A stretch of 64,000 bases of DNA from assembly GCA_964016885.1 (NCBI GenBank), contig OZ024765.1:18104001-18168000 (forward strand), in the 5' to 3' direction. Made by a program: the position numbers and the translations under genes. The DNA comes from Eledone cirrhosa (taxonomy: Eukaryota). Below, one piece after another: positions 1 through 13,900 of the stretch (within the stretch, counting starts at the first letter, position 1; the number at the start of each line of letters is the position of its first letter). The notes under the pieces were generated by a model. It had not been told where the DNA came from and did not search any database. It saw only the letters and a list, made by a program, of their open reading frames with translations.

Positions 1-75
1 CAACAGTAACAACAACAACAACAACAGTAGCAACAACAGTAACAACAACAACAGTAACAACAACAACAACTGCAA
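1..75. repeat. (CAA)n-like microsatellite
   Basis: caacaacaacagtaacaac runs. Confidence 0.9.
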
Positions 76-204
76 CGATATGTCATGCATGCGTATAAAT
101 ATGTGTGTAGGTATACATGCATCAATGCATGTATGAGTGTGTGTATGAATGTGTGTATGTGTGCATGTGTGTGTGTTATGTATGCCCGTCTGTTTGTCCC
201 CTCG

Positions 205-862
205 TCAGGACACTCTTGAGTGCTACTGGTAACATGTAACCCAGTACAACCTGTCGCATGGTCGGGTCGTCGGCCATTAAACCGGCAACCCCACCAAGTT
301 TACTTGGTGAGGAGGGGGTGATTTTGGACACTCTGCAGGACAGAAAAACAAAACCTGACAAAGGGCGGTAGAACTCATAAGAGTCAGCGGACATCCGAAA
401 GTGTGTAAATATGTATATAGACATGTACATATGTATGTATATGTACATGTATATGTACATGTGTATATGTACATGTGCAGCATCAACATAATCATCATCA
501 CCATCACCATCATCAGCCTCATCATCACCATCACCATCATCATCATCATCATCCTCAACAGTCTCAGCCCCATCATCATGATGCGTGGGGGACATAGAAA
601 TAATCGAGCTGGATATCCGATCGCACGGTTAAACGACTGGGAGTGAAGGACCCCTAGCCTTTGTCAGGGCATTCTTCTAGGAGAAGGCAAGTCAGGAAAC
701 TGGGATAACTCCGATATAAAACCTGCGGCTCAGTAGTTACCGATGATGTTGATCTTTTCTTCTTTTCGGGTTATAGCTACTGTCGCTCAGAGAGTGGGAT
801 TGGCTCAGTGCACAGTCTTTCCTCACTTTAAACAATATCTTCATGCACAGCCATTGCACGAT
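205..862 (+). mobile_element. probable 5' UTR of an RTE-like LINE, interrupted by (TA/TG)n and (CAT)n at ~400-580
   Basis: Mixed-composition non-coding island (accggcaaccccaccaagtttacttggtgaggaggg ... ggaaactgggataactcc) that I recall as resembling octopus RTE 5' UTRs. No ORF is present, so the family call is recall only. Confidence 0.35.
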
Positions 863-872
863 AGAATTAATT

Positions 873-1039
873 AATTGTTTCTACTTTAGGCACAAGGCCA
901 GCAATTAACCAGTACATTACTGGTACTTTATTTTATCGACCCCGTAAGGATGAAAGGCAAAGTTAACCTCGGCGGGATTTGAACTCAGAATGATAAGGGC
1001 CGTAACTCAATGCGTCAAAGAATGGCGTCCGACCTTCTA
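873..1039 (-). mobile_element. tRNA-derived SINE family A
   Basis: Minus strand has B box GAGTTCAAATCC, central gcctttcatccttacggggtcgataaaataaagtaccag (MetaSINE-like domain, from recall) and tail ggccttgtgcctaaagtagaaacaatt. About 9 copies in the window. Confidence 0.85.
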
Positions 1040-1292
1040 ATTAATTAATAATTATTAATAATCGTATATCGTGCAATGGCCATACTCGATAACGAGGGGG
1101 AAGCCATCATGTGTGTATGTATGTATTATGTATGTCCGTCTGTTTGTCCCCTTATCTGTATTCACGTATGTCTATATGTATGTCTGTCCGTCCGTCTATA
1201 GACTATACACACACATATATATATATAACACATATACATACATATGTATATATATATATAACACATATACATACATATATATATATATATAC

Positions 1293-1363
<71 letters not shown>

Positions 1364-1434
1364 CAAATAGTTATTTAATTTGTTTGATACTCAACAAATT
1401 TTAATATAACAGATTCGAAGCACCCTACAATATT

Positions 1435-1489
<55 letters not shown>

Positions 1490-1727
1490 GATATATTAAT
1501 AAATGGAAACTATATTTATAAAACCCAAATTATTTTATTATATATATTTCAAGGGCAACCAAGGAAAATTATGGTGCGCTTTCATCAGATAAAATACAGA
1601 TTTGTTTTATAAATAAATATTGACATACCCGGAAAAAAAAAACAACCTTAACGGTTGGAGCTTCCTGGATAGTGGAGATAATATTTTATTGAGGTTTATA
1701 AATATAGTTTCCATTTATTAATATATT
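1490..1727 (-). mobile_element. PLE-derived element (family B) with ~33-bp inverted termini and a hammerhead
   Basis: atatattaataaatggaaactatatttataaa at 1491 is mirrored at 1695-1727; follows (TA)n; homologous to 35970-36290. Confidence 0.7.
1533..1594 (-). ncRNA. minimal type-I hammerhead ribozyme
   Basis: Minus strand: ttttat-CTGATGA-stem II-GAAA-tatata-TA-ataaaa (stem I pairs; palindromic stem III). Confidence 0.75.
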
Positions 1728-1884
1728 GAATATACACACTCCACCTCGCTGTTGAGTGCTTTATATCAGTTATAACAATTTCTAAGCTTGTTGAATCCCA
1801 ACAAATTAAATATAACCTCTGCATATATATATATATATATATATATATAACATACATAATATATATATATATATATATATATAT

Positions 1885-2090
1885 GAAAATGTTCAAGACC
1901 CCGACGGCAGAGCTCAAGCTTTTGTTCTGCATCTCAGTCTTTTCGCAAACAGGTCGACATTTTGCGTGAACAATCGAAGGTAATGTTTTCTCGGTGCGAC
2001 TGGGATGTTCTTGGTGGAGAAATCGATATTGTGTTTTCGCATGGTGCGGGTAATGAAGCTTGAGCTCTGCCGTCGGGGTCAAACATTTTC

Positions 2091-2092
<2 letters not shown>
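1885..2092 (-). mobile_element. mini PLE derivative (family G): inverted termini around a PLE ORF N-terminal fragment
   Basis: gaccccgacggcagagctcaagctt is mirrored at 2056-2080; minus 2042-1922 reads MRKHNIDFSTKNIPVAPRKHYLRLFTQNVDLFAKRLR; (TA)n on both sides. Confidence 0.6.
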
Positions 2093-2132
<40 letters not shown>

Positions 2133-2469
2133 AAAACTCAAAGCTCGTCGGACCTCTGCTGTAGTAATGACTTTAGCCTCCCTGTATATATATATCAGAG
2201 TCGGGCTAGATCGATACAGATCGAACCTTGAGCTGATCAATAGCGAAATTCGTGTCACCAATCAAAAACGTAATGAAGGCTTAACAAATCATCCTTGTAT
2301 TATATATATATATATAATCCTTATTGAACCCTATTCGAATATTAGTCTCCACATTTATTATTTCTATTTAAAGAGAAGTCAACAAGAATGGACCTGTTAT
2401 TATTATCTAAAGACATTTTTCCCAATTCGAACCCGCCCGTCCCCTCAATCTATCTTATTTCTCATTCTA

Positions 2470-2505
2470 TCTTCTGATGAAGGACTAGCGTTCGAAACGT
2501 TAAGA
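2470..2505 (+). ncRNA. minimal hammerhead ribozyme in a PLE 3' end (family D, ~2440-2590)
   Basis: tctt-CTGATGA-aggactagcgttc-GAAA-cg-TT-aaga; homologous end on the minus strand at 39217-39345. Confidence 0.7.
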
Positions 2506-2876
2506 CTTTCTTCCTGTTATATCAAGCGTTAACCTAATATATACCTTCCATATACTGTACCGATTGTGTTGTTATTTCTCTTTACCTTTTACACACACAA
2601 ATACATACACAAACACACATGCATACACACACACACACACAAACACACACACACGTATGTATATATATGTATATATATATATATATATATATTGCCAGGT
2701 GGTGGTATTAAGTTAGACATGGCCTGGGCCAATACTGGCCGAAATCTATCAAAATTAATATATATATATATATATAAAGGAACGATCGACTTTCGTCAAA
2801 TCGGACCGAGGGAACAATGTTTCCGTTGGTCTTTCCAATTGCTAATACTATCTATCGGTCGCAACTCCAGGTAGAA

Positions 2877-2996
2877 GGAGCAACGTGAAATAAAGTGTCT
2901 TGCTCAAGGACATAACGCATCGCTTGGTCCAGGAATCGAACTCACAACCTTACGATTGTGAATCCAATTCTCTAACCGCTCAGCCACACGCCTTCA
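2877..2996 (-). mobile_element. tRNA-derived SINE family B (CORE-type) head
   Basis: Minus strand: A box tggctgagcggt, B box gagttcgattcc, then gtccttgagcaagacacttt. Confidence 0.75.
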
Positions 2997-3164
2997 TATA
3001 TATATATATCTAAACTTTTCCATTGGAGGTCCCTAGGGATCTCCAATCTTTTCTGAAGTGAAACCGTCGGTAAAAATAATTGGAATAGGTAAATATTTAA
3101 ATTATATTTTTTAATTTATTTAAAAAAATTGTTTGAATCTTGCTTGCTCCGCTTATCTCAATTG

Positions 3165-3326
<162 letters not shown>

Positions 3327-3362
3327 CATAAGATCAAAAGATGGTTAAAGGAGTTCCATGTA

Positions 3363-3429
3363 TTTTATTATGCGCATTTCAAAAACAAACATCATCATGC
3401 AATAATATTTGTGTTTTCATCAGATAAAA
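3363..3429 (-). ncRNA. minimal hammerhead ribozyme (mirror copy)
   Basis: reverse complement of 3567-3633. Confidence 0.75.
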
Positions 3430-3566
3430 CAGGAGAACATGATATGAAGGCTAAAAAACACTTGTGGATAGTGCAGTTTTAAATCAACATATTTTAAATC
3501 AACATATGTTGATTTAAAACTGCACTATCCACAAGTGTTTTTTAGCCTTCATATCATGTTCTCCTG

Positions 3567-3633
3567 TTTTATCTGATGAAAACACAAATATTATTGCATG
3601 ATGATGTTTGTTTTTGAAATGCGCATAATAAAA
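3567..3633 (+). ncRNA. minimal hammerhead ribozyme
   Basis: ttttat-CTGATGA-aaaca...tgttttt-GAAA-tgcgca-TA-ataaaa. Confidence 0.8.
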
Positions 3634-3663
3634 TACATGGAACTCCTTTAACCATCTTTTGAT

Positions 3664-3710
<47 letters not shown>

Positions 3711-3714
<4 letters not shown>

Positions 3715-3787
3715 CGAAGGAAATGTGGTAAGGAACCAGGTGGACCATAACGCACCAAAGTACTCAATACTTAGGGTAGTAGAGTGG
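3711..3787 (-). mobile_element. family G PLE terminal fragment
   Basis: ataacgaaggaaatgtggtaaggaaccaggtggaccataacgcacc...gtactcaatacttagggtagtagagt; also at 21450, 33492 and 37001. Confidence 0.65.
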
Positions 3788-3844
3788 TTCCTATATATAT
3801 ATATATTTATATATATATATAGAGAGAGAGAGAGATAGAGATTC

Positions 3845-3896
3845 TTTTATTTTTTTACTGGTTCAGTCATTAGACTGTGGCCAAGCTGGGGCACCA
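3845..3896. mobile_element. SINE family C fragment
   Basis: ttactggttcagtcattagactgtggccaagctggggcacc; related fragments at 34385-34545 and 56569-56613. Confidence 0.5.
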
Positions 3897-4004
3897 TACA
3901 TATGTCAGCTAGTATGATTGACTGAGTGTGAGTCTGTCTGACTGTCTGCATTATCCCATCTGTATGTGTAGCTATCTCTGTATTTGTGTCGGTATACCTC
4001 GCCA

Positions 4005-4374
4005 AGGTACTGCACCCCAGTAAATTAACTGAAAGGTGGGTGAACGTGGCGAGAATGGCCCGAGTGATTGGGCCTTCTTTGTATATAAACCTGTGGGTTG
4101 AAAAAGAGAGTGAAAAGAAGAAAAAGAGCACTTGCACAACATGCTCCTAGAGTTGAGGGTTGTTCTATCTACGGGGCATAAAACAACCCATTTGTAACGC
4201 CCCCCCCCCCCCTATTGGGGGATTTCGATTGTTGAATTTGTTTGTTAAAACTTTTTTTACACGACTGTATGTAAAATTCCCGCCATATGCCTTTGTATTG
4301 TCCCCTTTTCTTGTGCGCCCGTGTGGCAAATAAAGAAATATATCTATATACCTCTCCATCTACCTATCTATCAC

Positions 4375-4414
<40 letters not shown>

Positions 4415-4629
4415 CATATTTTTTGTTATATTTTATTTTAATTTTATATATTGTTATTGCCTCCTCCTTATTGAGGACGCCTTTTTGTGTAAACTCCCCC
4501 CTTTGTACTTGTCCCACTTTTGATGCCCTGGTGGCAAATAACAGAAACATATCTATCTATCTACATATCTATCTATCTACCTCTCCATCTACCTATCTAT
4601 CTATCTATCTATCTATCTATATATCTACA

Positions 4630-4661
<32 letters not shown>

Positions 4662-4810
4662 ACTCTATCTATCTATCTATCTATTTATCTATCTACCTAC
4701 CTATCTCTCCACCTATCCATCTACCTACCCAATGCTCTATCAATCTATCTATCTATTTAGTATTTGTCCTCTTCTTTTGTGCCCTTGTGGCTAATAAAAC
4801 ATATCTATCT
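4005..4810 (+). mobile_element. stacked 5'-truncated Tx1-like LINE 3' ends separated by (ATCT)n
   Basis: ORF2 end (ERWVNVARMARVIGPSL) plus 3' UTR ending gtggcaaataaagaaa(tatc)n; further 3' tips at ~4415-4550 and ~4758-4805. Confidence 0.75.
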
Positions 4811-5082
4811 ACTTACCAACCGGCCTAGCTACCCAAATAAATACATATCTTCCTTGTCATCTAATTAATTAGGCTATCAAGTCCAGCTACATAGATATAT
4901 ATAGCAATCAAGATACCTAGCTATTTAGCAAGCACCATATCTATCTAGCTAGTGTACTATTAATGTATCTAATTATCTAGCCATCTAGTTGTCTGATCAT
5001 CTAGTTTGCTAACTATCTATCTATCTATCTATCTATCTTATATTTTATAACAAAATCCTCTATTGAGGATTTTGTTATAATT

Positions 5083-6445
5083 CTATTTTTTGTTATATTT
5101 TATTTTATTTTTATATATTGTTATTGCCTCCTCCCTATTGAGGACGCCTTGTTTTGTAAACTCCCCCCATTGTACTTGTACCACTTTTGATGCCCTTGTG
5201 GCAAATAAAAGAAACATATCTATCTTAGTAGCGGACGAACTGGCCAGCCTGTTCGGTAGGACATTCAGCCCGGGACCTATGGACAACTTCCAGAAGTCCC
5301 TGGCCTGGCAGTGCTACCGAGGGGCTTTACCCGTTCGAGAAAGGCTCTACAGACACGGGCGCCCGGGTAGGGACCCCGCCAAAAAGATCTGTCCCAGATG
5401 CGTGTGCGACGAGGAAACCGTTGCAACGCATTGGTACACTGCTCGGGCGTAGCCGATCTGTGGGGCTATGTCGAACAACTGCTGTCAAGGGTGGGACCGA
5501 TCCGGTTGACCACCGAGTCTATTGTAATGATCAAGCCGCCTCCCCCCTTCAAAGATGAAGCAGAGGCGGTGTTTCTGTGCGTAATAGCCATGGCGAAAGA
5601 GGTTGTATGGTGGACGCGTCTGAAAGGACTGAGGTCAGGCACCTTTCTCTCTGGCCAACAACTGGTCCGTTTCTTCCGATATCATTTCGGAAGAAGGATC
5701 AGGATGGAGAGAGAGGTGCTGCACCCCAGCCGTTTTTATGAAAGATGGGTGAAAGTGGCGAGAATGGCCCGTGTGAATGGGCCTTCTCTTTACATAAGCC
5801 TGCAGGTGGAGAAGAGGAAGAACGAGGGAGCACCCTCTCTCTGTGCTCCTGAGGAGAAGGGGTTGCACACTTTTTTTCGGGGGGGGGGGGGTGACCCCCC
5901 AAACGCCCCCTCCCTATTGAGGACTTATTGTTAAGTTTCTTGTTAATTTTATATTTGTTATATATTTTCTTTACTCGCCTTTTCATGTAAACTCCCCCAC
6001 CCCCACCCATTGTACTTGTCCCACTTTTTGATGCCCTGGTGGCAAATAAAAAGAAACATATCTAGCTGTCTTTCTACCTAGGTGGGAGAATGTGGCGAAA
6101 ATGGCCCGAGTGAATGGGCCTTTTCTGTAGGTTGAAGAAGACAAAAGAGAGAAGATTGGAGCACCTACAACACGTGCTCCTGGTGTTGAGGGTTGTTCTA
6201 TCTCACGGGTTGTCAAAAAAACCCGCAATAATGCCCCCCCCCCCCCCCCCTCCCCTATTGAGGATTTCGATTGTTTATTTATAATTGTTAAATTTGTTTA
6301 CACGATTTTTATTTCTAAAAAAAAAACCGTCTCCACGTCTTGTATTGTACCATTTCTTGTATTGTACCATTTCTTGTATTGTACCATTTCTTGTATTGTA
6401 CCATTTCTTGAGCGTCCTTGTGGCAAATAAATAAATATATCTTTC
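5083..6445 (+). mobile_element. three Tx1-like LINE 3' fragments (5083-5220, 5226-6060, 6078-6445)
   Basis: zf-RVT-like C-terminus MDNFQKSLAWQCYRGALPVR...CPRC..EETV.H...C...DLW, frameshifted near 5425; shared 3' UTR; 17-bp x4 repeat at 6339-6408. Confidence 0.8.
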
Positions 6446-6947
6446 TATCTAGCAATATAACTTTTTTTGTGAGCATTCTTTAAAAACAACTAGCAGAAAA
6501 AACACCTTTCGGGTGGTTTTCTGCTAGCATGTGTTGTGTGTATATTGATATTATACGCAAGTATATATACATGTAGATATGATACATCAAATAAAATCGT
6601 AATTGACAACATAAACAGAAATTGATTGAACGAAGACGTTGTTACACTGTCTTATGTAATCAGTAACGTAATCCATGATACATTAAAAAAGACGATATTA
6701 TATATAAACTGCATTAGGAGAAAATTAGTAACAGAAAATTAGTATCTTTATTTAAGTGATCGCCACCGGAAGTGTTGACATCACACACTCTCTCTTTCTA
6801 TATATGGTAGTTGAAGTGGTGGTGGTGGCAACGATATACCGGAAGTGCAAATTTGAAAAGAAGTCAATCTTAAATTATTTATTTTTACGAAATTATTTTT
6901 GTTTACGAAATTTAGTAAATAAATTATGTAATAGTCATTCATTATTT

Positions 6948-7126
6948 TTGGCAGTATCAGTAGAGGGTCGGACGCCATGCTTTCCAGCATAGTTACGTCC
7001 CTTTACGATCTGAGTTCAAATCCGGCCGAGGTTAACTTTGCCTTTCATCCTTACGGGGTCGATAAAATAAAGTACCAGTAATGCACTGGGTAATTGCTGG
7101 CCTTGTGCCAAAAGTAGAAACAATTA
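6948..7126 (+). mobile_element. SINE family A
   Basis: tggcagtatc A box, gagttcaaatcc B box, conserved body and tail. Confidence 0.85.
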
Positions 7127-7371
7127 TTTATTCAAAGTAATCTTCCTTTATTATAGTTTAGATGTTTAACAGCAATAGTTACACAAGAGGACGAGCTGCC
7201 CATTGGAGAATTTTCCTCTAACAAACCACCCTGGAAAGAGCCTTATTGCCTATCCCCCTCCACAATATGTGTTAGAATTTCACCAAATTTCAAAATGGCG
7301 AAAGTCGATGACCCAGCATCTTCGGTCAAAGAAGGCATTGGAGCTTCAGCAGCCAGCCTGACAGCCGAAAT

Positions 7372-7835
7372 TACCTCCGGAGAAATGCCTTCTCCATTCT
7401 GTCCGCCGGGACTGTGGGGAGGCCAACACGTGGAACCCAATTTGCTCACCATGCAGAGAAATCGGGAGGGCGAGAGAGATGGAGGCGATGTCAGTGGGAG
7501 TTCGGCTCTTCCACGTTCGGACCATATCCTTGTGGTTGTGTTTAGAACTACCACCACTGCCATTAACAAGAGGAAGGCAACGCTAGCAACAGTGACAATA
7601 ACAACAACAACAACAACACCAGCAACAGCAACATATATGGGTGGCTCTTCCAGCGCTTCTCCCTTACCATCCACCTTACTTCTCCATTCTGTCCGCCGGA
7701 GCTGTGGGGCGGCCAGCACGTGGGAACCCCATTTGCTCACCCTACAGAGAGATGGAGAGGGCGAGAGAGATGGAGGCGATGAGTTCGGCTCTTCCACGTT
7801 CAGACACATTGCACCTGTTAAGAGTGTATTTTCAT
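7372..7835 (+). mobile_element. two 3'-end fragments of a CRE-like retrotransposon
   Basis: 7372-7522 and 7640-7835 match 18465-18665 (ctccggagaaa...gggcgagagagatggaggcgatg). Confidence 0.65.
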
Positions 7836-7917
7836 ACTTATTACCGCGGACACTGTATGTGTATACAGCAACATCATACCAGCAATCACCACCTCTACCA
7901 TTAACAAGAGGAAGGCA

Positions 7918-10900
7918 ATGCCAGCGACAGTGACAATAACAACAACACCAGCGACAGTGACAATAACAACAACACCAGCGACAGTGACAATAACAACAAC
8001 ACCAGCAACAGTGACAATAACAACAACACCAGCAACAGTGACAATAACAACAACACCAGCGACAGTGACAATAACAACAACACCAGCAACAGTGACAATA
8101 ACAACAACACCAGCAACAGTGACAATAACAACAACACCAGCAACAGTGACAATAACAACAACACCAGCAACAGTGACAATAACAACAACAACAGCGACAG
8201 TGACAATAACAACAACACCAGCAACAGTGACAATAACAACAACACCAGCAACAGTGACAATAACAACAACACCAGCAACAGTGACAATAACAACAACAAC
8301 AGCGACAGTGACAATAACAACAACACCAGCAACAATGACAATAACAACAACAACAGCAACAATGACAATAACAACAACACCAGCAACAGTGACAATAACA
8401 ACAACAACAGCGACAGTGACAATAACAACAACACCAGCAACAATGACAATAACAACAACAACAGCAACAATGACAATAACAACAACACCAGCAACAGTGA
8501 CAATAACAACAACAACAGCGACAGTGACAATAACAACAACACCAGCAACAATGACAATAACAACAACACCAGCGACAGTGACAATAACAACAACAACAGC
8601 AACAATGACAATAACAACAACACCAGCAACAGTGACAATAACAACAACAACAGCGACAGTGACAATAACAACAACACCAGCAACAATGACAATAACAACA
8701 ACACCAGCGACAGTGACAATAACAACAACACCAGCAACAATGACAATAACAACAACAACAGCAACAATGACAATAACAACAACACCAGCGACAGTGACAA
8801 TAACAACAACACCAGCAACAGTGACAATAACAACAACACCAGCGACAGTGACAATAACAACAACACCAGCAACAGTGACAATAACAACAACAACAGCGAC
8901 AGTGACAATAACAACAACACCAGCAACAATGACAATAACAACAACACCAGCGACAGTGACAATAACAACAACACCAGCAACAATGACAATAACAACAACA
9001 ACAGCAACAATGACAATAACAACAACAACAGCGACAGTGACAATAACAACAACACCAGCAACAATGACAATAACAACAACACCAGCGACAGTGACAATAA
9101 CAACAACACCAGCGACAGTGACAATAACAACAACAACAGCAACAATGACAATAACAACAACACCAGCGACAGTGACAATAACAACAACACCAGCAACAAT
9201 GACAATAACAACAACAACAGCAACAGTGACAATAACAACAACACCAGCGACAGTGACAATAACAACAACACCAGCGACAGTGACAATAACAACAACACCA
9301 GCAACAATGACAATAACAACAACACCAGCAACAATGACAATAACAACAACACCAGCGACAGTGACAATAACAACAACACCAGCGACAGTGACAATAACAA
9401 CAACACCAGCAACAATGACAATAACAACAACACCAGCGACAGTGACAATAACAACAACACCAGCGACAGTGACAATAACAACAACACCAGCAACAGTGAC
9501 AATAACAACAACACCAGCGACAGTGACAATAACAACAACACCAGCGACAGTGACAATAACAACAACAACAGCGACAGTGACAATAACAACAACAACAGCG
9601 ACAGTGACAATAACAACAACACCAGCAACAATGACAATAACAACAACACCAGCGACAGTGACAATAACAACAACAACAGCGACAGTGACAATAACAACAA
9701 CACCAGCGACAGTGACAATAACAACAACACCAGCAACAATGACAATAACAACAACACCAGCAACAGTGACAATAACAACAACACCAGCAACAGTGACAAT
9801 AACAACAACACCAGCAACAGTGACAATAACAACAACACCAGCGACAGTGACAATAACAACAACACCAGCGACAGTGACAATAACAACAACACCAGCGACA
9901 GTGACAATAACAACAACAACAGCGACAGTGACAATAACAACAACACCAGCAACAGTGACAATAACAACAACACCAGCGACAGTGACAATAACAACAACAA
10001 CAGCGACAGTGACAATAACAACAACACCAGCAACAGTGACAATAACAACAACACCAGCGACAGTGACAATAACAACAACACCAGCGACAGTGACAATAAC
10101 AACAACACCAGCGACAGTGACAATAACAACAACAACAGCGACAGTGACAATAACAACAACAACAGCGACAGTGACAATAACAACAACACCAGCAACAATG
10201 ACAATAACAACAACACCAGCGACAGTGACAATAACAACAACACCAGCGACAGTGACAATAACAACAACACCAGCGACAGTGACAATAACAACAACAACAG
10301 CGACAGTGACAATAACAACAACACCAGCAACAGTGACAATAACAACAACAACAGCGACAGTGACAATAACAACAACACCAGCAACAGTGACAATAACAAC
10401 AACACCAGCAACAATGACAATAACAACAACACCAGCGACAGTGACAATAACAACAACACCAGCAACAATGACAATAACAACAACAACAGCAACAGTGACA
10501 ATAACAACAACAACAGCAACAGTGACAAGAACAACAACACCAGCAACAGTGACAATAACAACAACAACAGCGACAGTGACAATAACAACAACACCAGCAA
10601 CAATGACAATAACAACAACACCAGCAACAATGACAATAACAACAACAACAGCAACAGTGACAATAACAACAACAACAGCAACAGTGACAATAACAACAAC
10701 ACCAGCGACAGTGACAATAACAACAACAACAGCGACAGTGACAATAACAACAACACCAGCAACAATGACAATAACAACAACACCAGCGACAGTGACAATA
10801 ACAACAACACCAGCAACAGTGACAATAACAACAACACCAGCAACAATGACAATAACAACAACACCAGCAACAATGACAATAACAACAACACCAGCGACAG

Positions 10901-13900
10901 TGACAATAACAACAACACCAGCAACAATGACAATAACAACAACACCAGCAACAGTGACAATAACAACAACACCAGCAACAGTGACAAGAACAACAACACC
11001 AGCAACAGTGACAATAACAACAACAACAGCGACAGTGACAATAACAACAACACCAGCAACAGTGACAATAACAACAACAACAGCGACAATGACAATAACA
11101 ACAACACCAGCGACAGTGACAATAACAACAACACCAGCAACAGTGACAATAACAACAACACCAGCAACAGTGACAATAACAACAACAACAGCAACAGTGA
11201 CAGTAACAACAACACCAGCGACAATGACAATAACAACAACAACAGCGACAATGACAATAACAACAACACCAGCGACAGTGACAATAACAACAACAACAGC
11301 GACAGTGACAATAACAACAACACCAGCAACAGTGACAATAACAACAACACCAGCAACAATGACAATAACAACAACACCAGCAACAATGACAATAACAACA
11401 ACACCAGCAACAGTGACAATAACAACAACACCAGCAACAGTGACAATAACAACAACACCAGCAACAGTGACAATAACAACAACACCAGCAACAGTGACAA
11501 TAACAACAACAACAGCAACAGTGACAGTAACAACAACACCAGCGACAATGACAATAACAACAACAACAGCGACAATGACAATAACAACAACACCAGCGAC
11601 AGTGACAATAACAACAACAACAGCGACAGTGACAATAACAACAACACCAGCAACAGTGACAATAACAACAACACCAGCAACAATGACAATAACAACAACA
11701 CCAGCAACAATGACAATAACAACAACACCAGCAACAATGACAATAACAACAACACCAGCAACAGTGACAGTAACAACAACACCAGCGACAATGACAATAA
11801 CAACAACAACAGCGACAATGACAATAACAACAACACCAGCGACAGTGACAATAACAACAACAACAGCGACAGTGACAATAACAACAACACCAGCAACAGT
11901 GACAATAACAACAACACCAGCAACAATGACAATAACAACAACACCAGCAACAATGACAATAACAACAACAACAGCGACAGTGACAATAACAACAACACCA
12001 GCAACAGTGACAATAACAACAACACCAGCAACAATGACAATAACAACAACACCAGCAACAATGACAATAACAACAACACCAGCAACAATGACAATAACAA
12101 CAACACCAGCAACAATGACAATAACAACAACACCAGCAACAGTGACAATAACAACAACACCAGCAACAGTGACAATAACAACAACACCAGCAACAGTGAC
12201 AATAACAACAACACCAGCAACAGTGACAATAACAACAACACCAGCGACAGTGACAATAACAACAACACCAGCGACAGTGACAATAACAACAACACCAGCA
12301 ACAGTGACAATAACAACAACACCAGCAACAGTGACAATAACAACAACAACAGCGACAGTGACAATAACAACAACACCAGCAACAGTGACAATAACAACAA
12401 CAACAGCGACAGTGACAATAACAACAACACCAGCAACAGTGACAATAACAACAACACCAGCAACAGTGACAATAACAACAACAACAGCGACAGTGACAAT
12501 AACAACAACACCAGCAACAATGACAATAACAACAACAACAGCAACAATGACAATAACAACAACACCAGCAACAGTGACAATAACAACAACAACAGCGACA
12601 GTGACAATAACAACAACACCAGCAACAATGACAATAACAACAACAACAGCAACAATGACAATAACAACAACACCAGCAACAGTGACAATAACAACAACAA
12701 CAGCGACAGTGACAATAACAACAACACCAGCAACAATGACAATAACAACAACACCAGCGACAGTGACAATAACAACAACAACAGCAACAATGACAATAAC
12801 AACAACACCAGCAACAGTGACAATAACAACAACAACAGCGACAGTGACAATAACAACAACACCAGCAACAATGACAATAACAACAACACCAGCGACAGTG
12901 ACAATAACAACAACACCAGCAACAATGACAATAACAACAACAACAGCAACAATGACAATAACAACAACACCAGCGACAGTGACAATAACAACAACACCAG
13001 CAACAGTGACAATAACAACAACACCAGCGACAGTGACAATAACAACAACACCAGCAACAGTGACAATAACAACAACAACAGCGACAGTGACAATAACAAC
13101 AACACCAGCAACAATGACAATAACAACAACACCAGCGACAGTGACAATAACAACAACACCAGCAACAATGACAATAACAACAACAACAGCAACAATGACA
13201 ATAACAACAACAACAGCGACAGTGACAATAACAACAACACCAGCAACAATGACAATAACAACAACACCAGCGACAGTGACAATAACAACAACACCAGCGA
13301 CAGTGACAATAACAACAACAACAGCAACAATGACAATAACAACAACACCAGCGACAGTGACAATAACAACAACACCAGCAACAATGACAATAACAACAAC
13401 AACAGCAACAGTGACAATAACAACAACACCAGCGACAGTGACAATAACAACAACACCAGCGACAGTGACAATAACAACAACACCAGCAACAATGACAATA
13501 ACAACAACACCAGCAACAATGACAATAACAACAACACCAGCGACAGTGACAATAACAACAACACCAGCGACAGTGACAATAACAACAACACCAGCAACAA
13601 TGACAATAACAACAACACCAGCGACAGTGACAATAACAACAACACCAGCGACAGTGACAATAACAACAACACCAGCAACAGTGACAATAACAACAACACC
13701 AGCGACAGTGACAATAACAACAACACCAGCGACAGTGACAATAACAACAACAACAGCGACAGTGACAATAACAACAACAACAGCGACAGTGACAATAACA
13801 ACAACACCAGCAACAATGACAATAACAACAACACCAGCGACAGTGACAATAACAACAACAACAGCGACAGTGACAATAACAACAACACCAGCGACAGTGA

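Larger units (their letters stand above)
3328..3668. mobile_element. fold-back palindromic PLE derivative in (TA)n
   Basis: ~163-bp arms that are reverse complements by eye; 15-bp tandem duplication at the apex; one hammerhead per arm. Confidence 0.85.

Noticed and set aside
2877-2996. Functional tRNA genes at SINE heads
   Set aside because: A and B boxes are present but continue into SINE bodies, with no clean cloverleaf.
7295-7933. 212-aa ORF MAKVDDPASS... as the N-terminus of a mucin
   Set aside because: It is a different ORF from the PATVTITTT ORF and mostly consists of CRE-like 3' fragments; only the first ~25 codons are unexplained.
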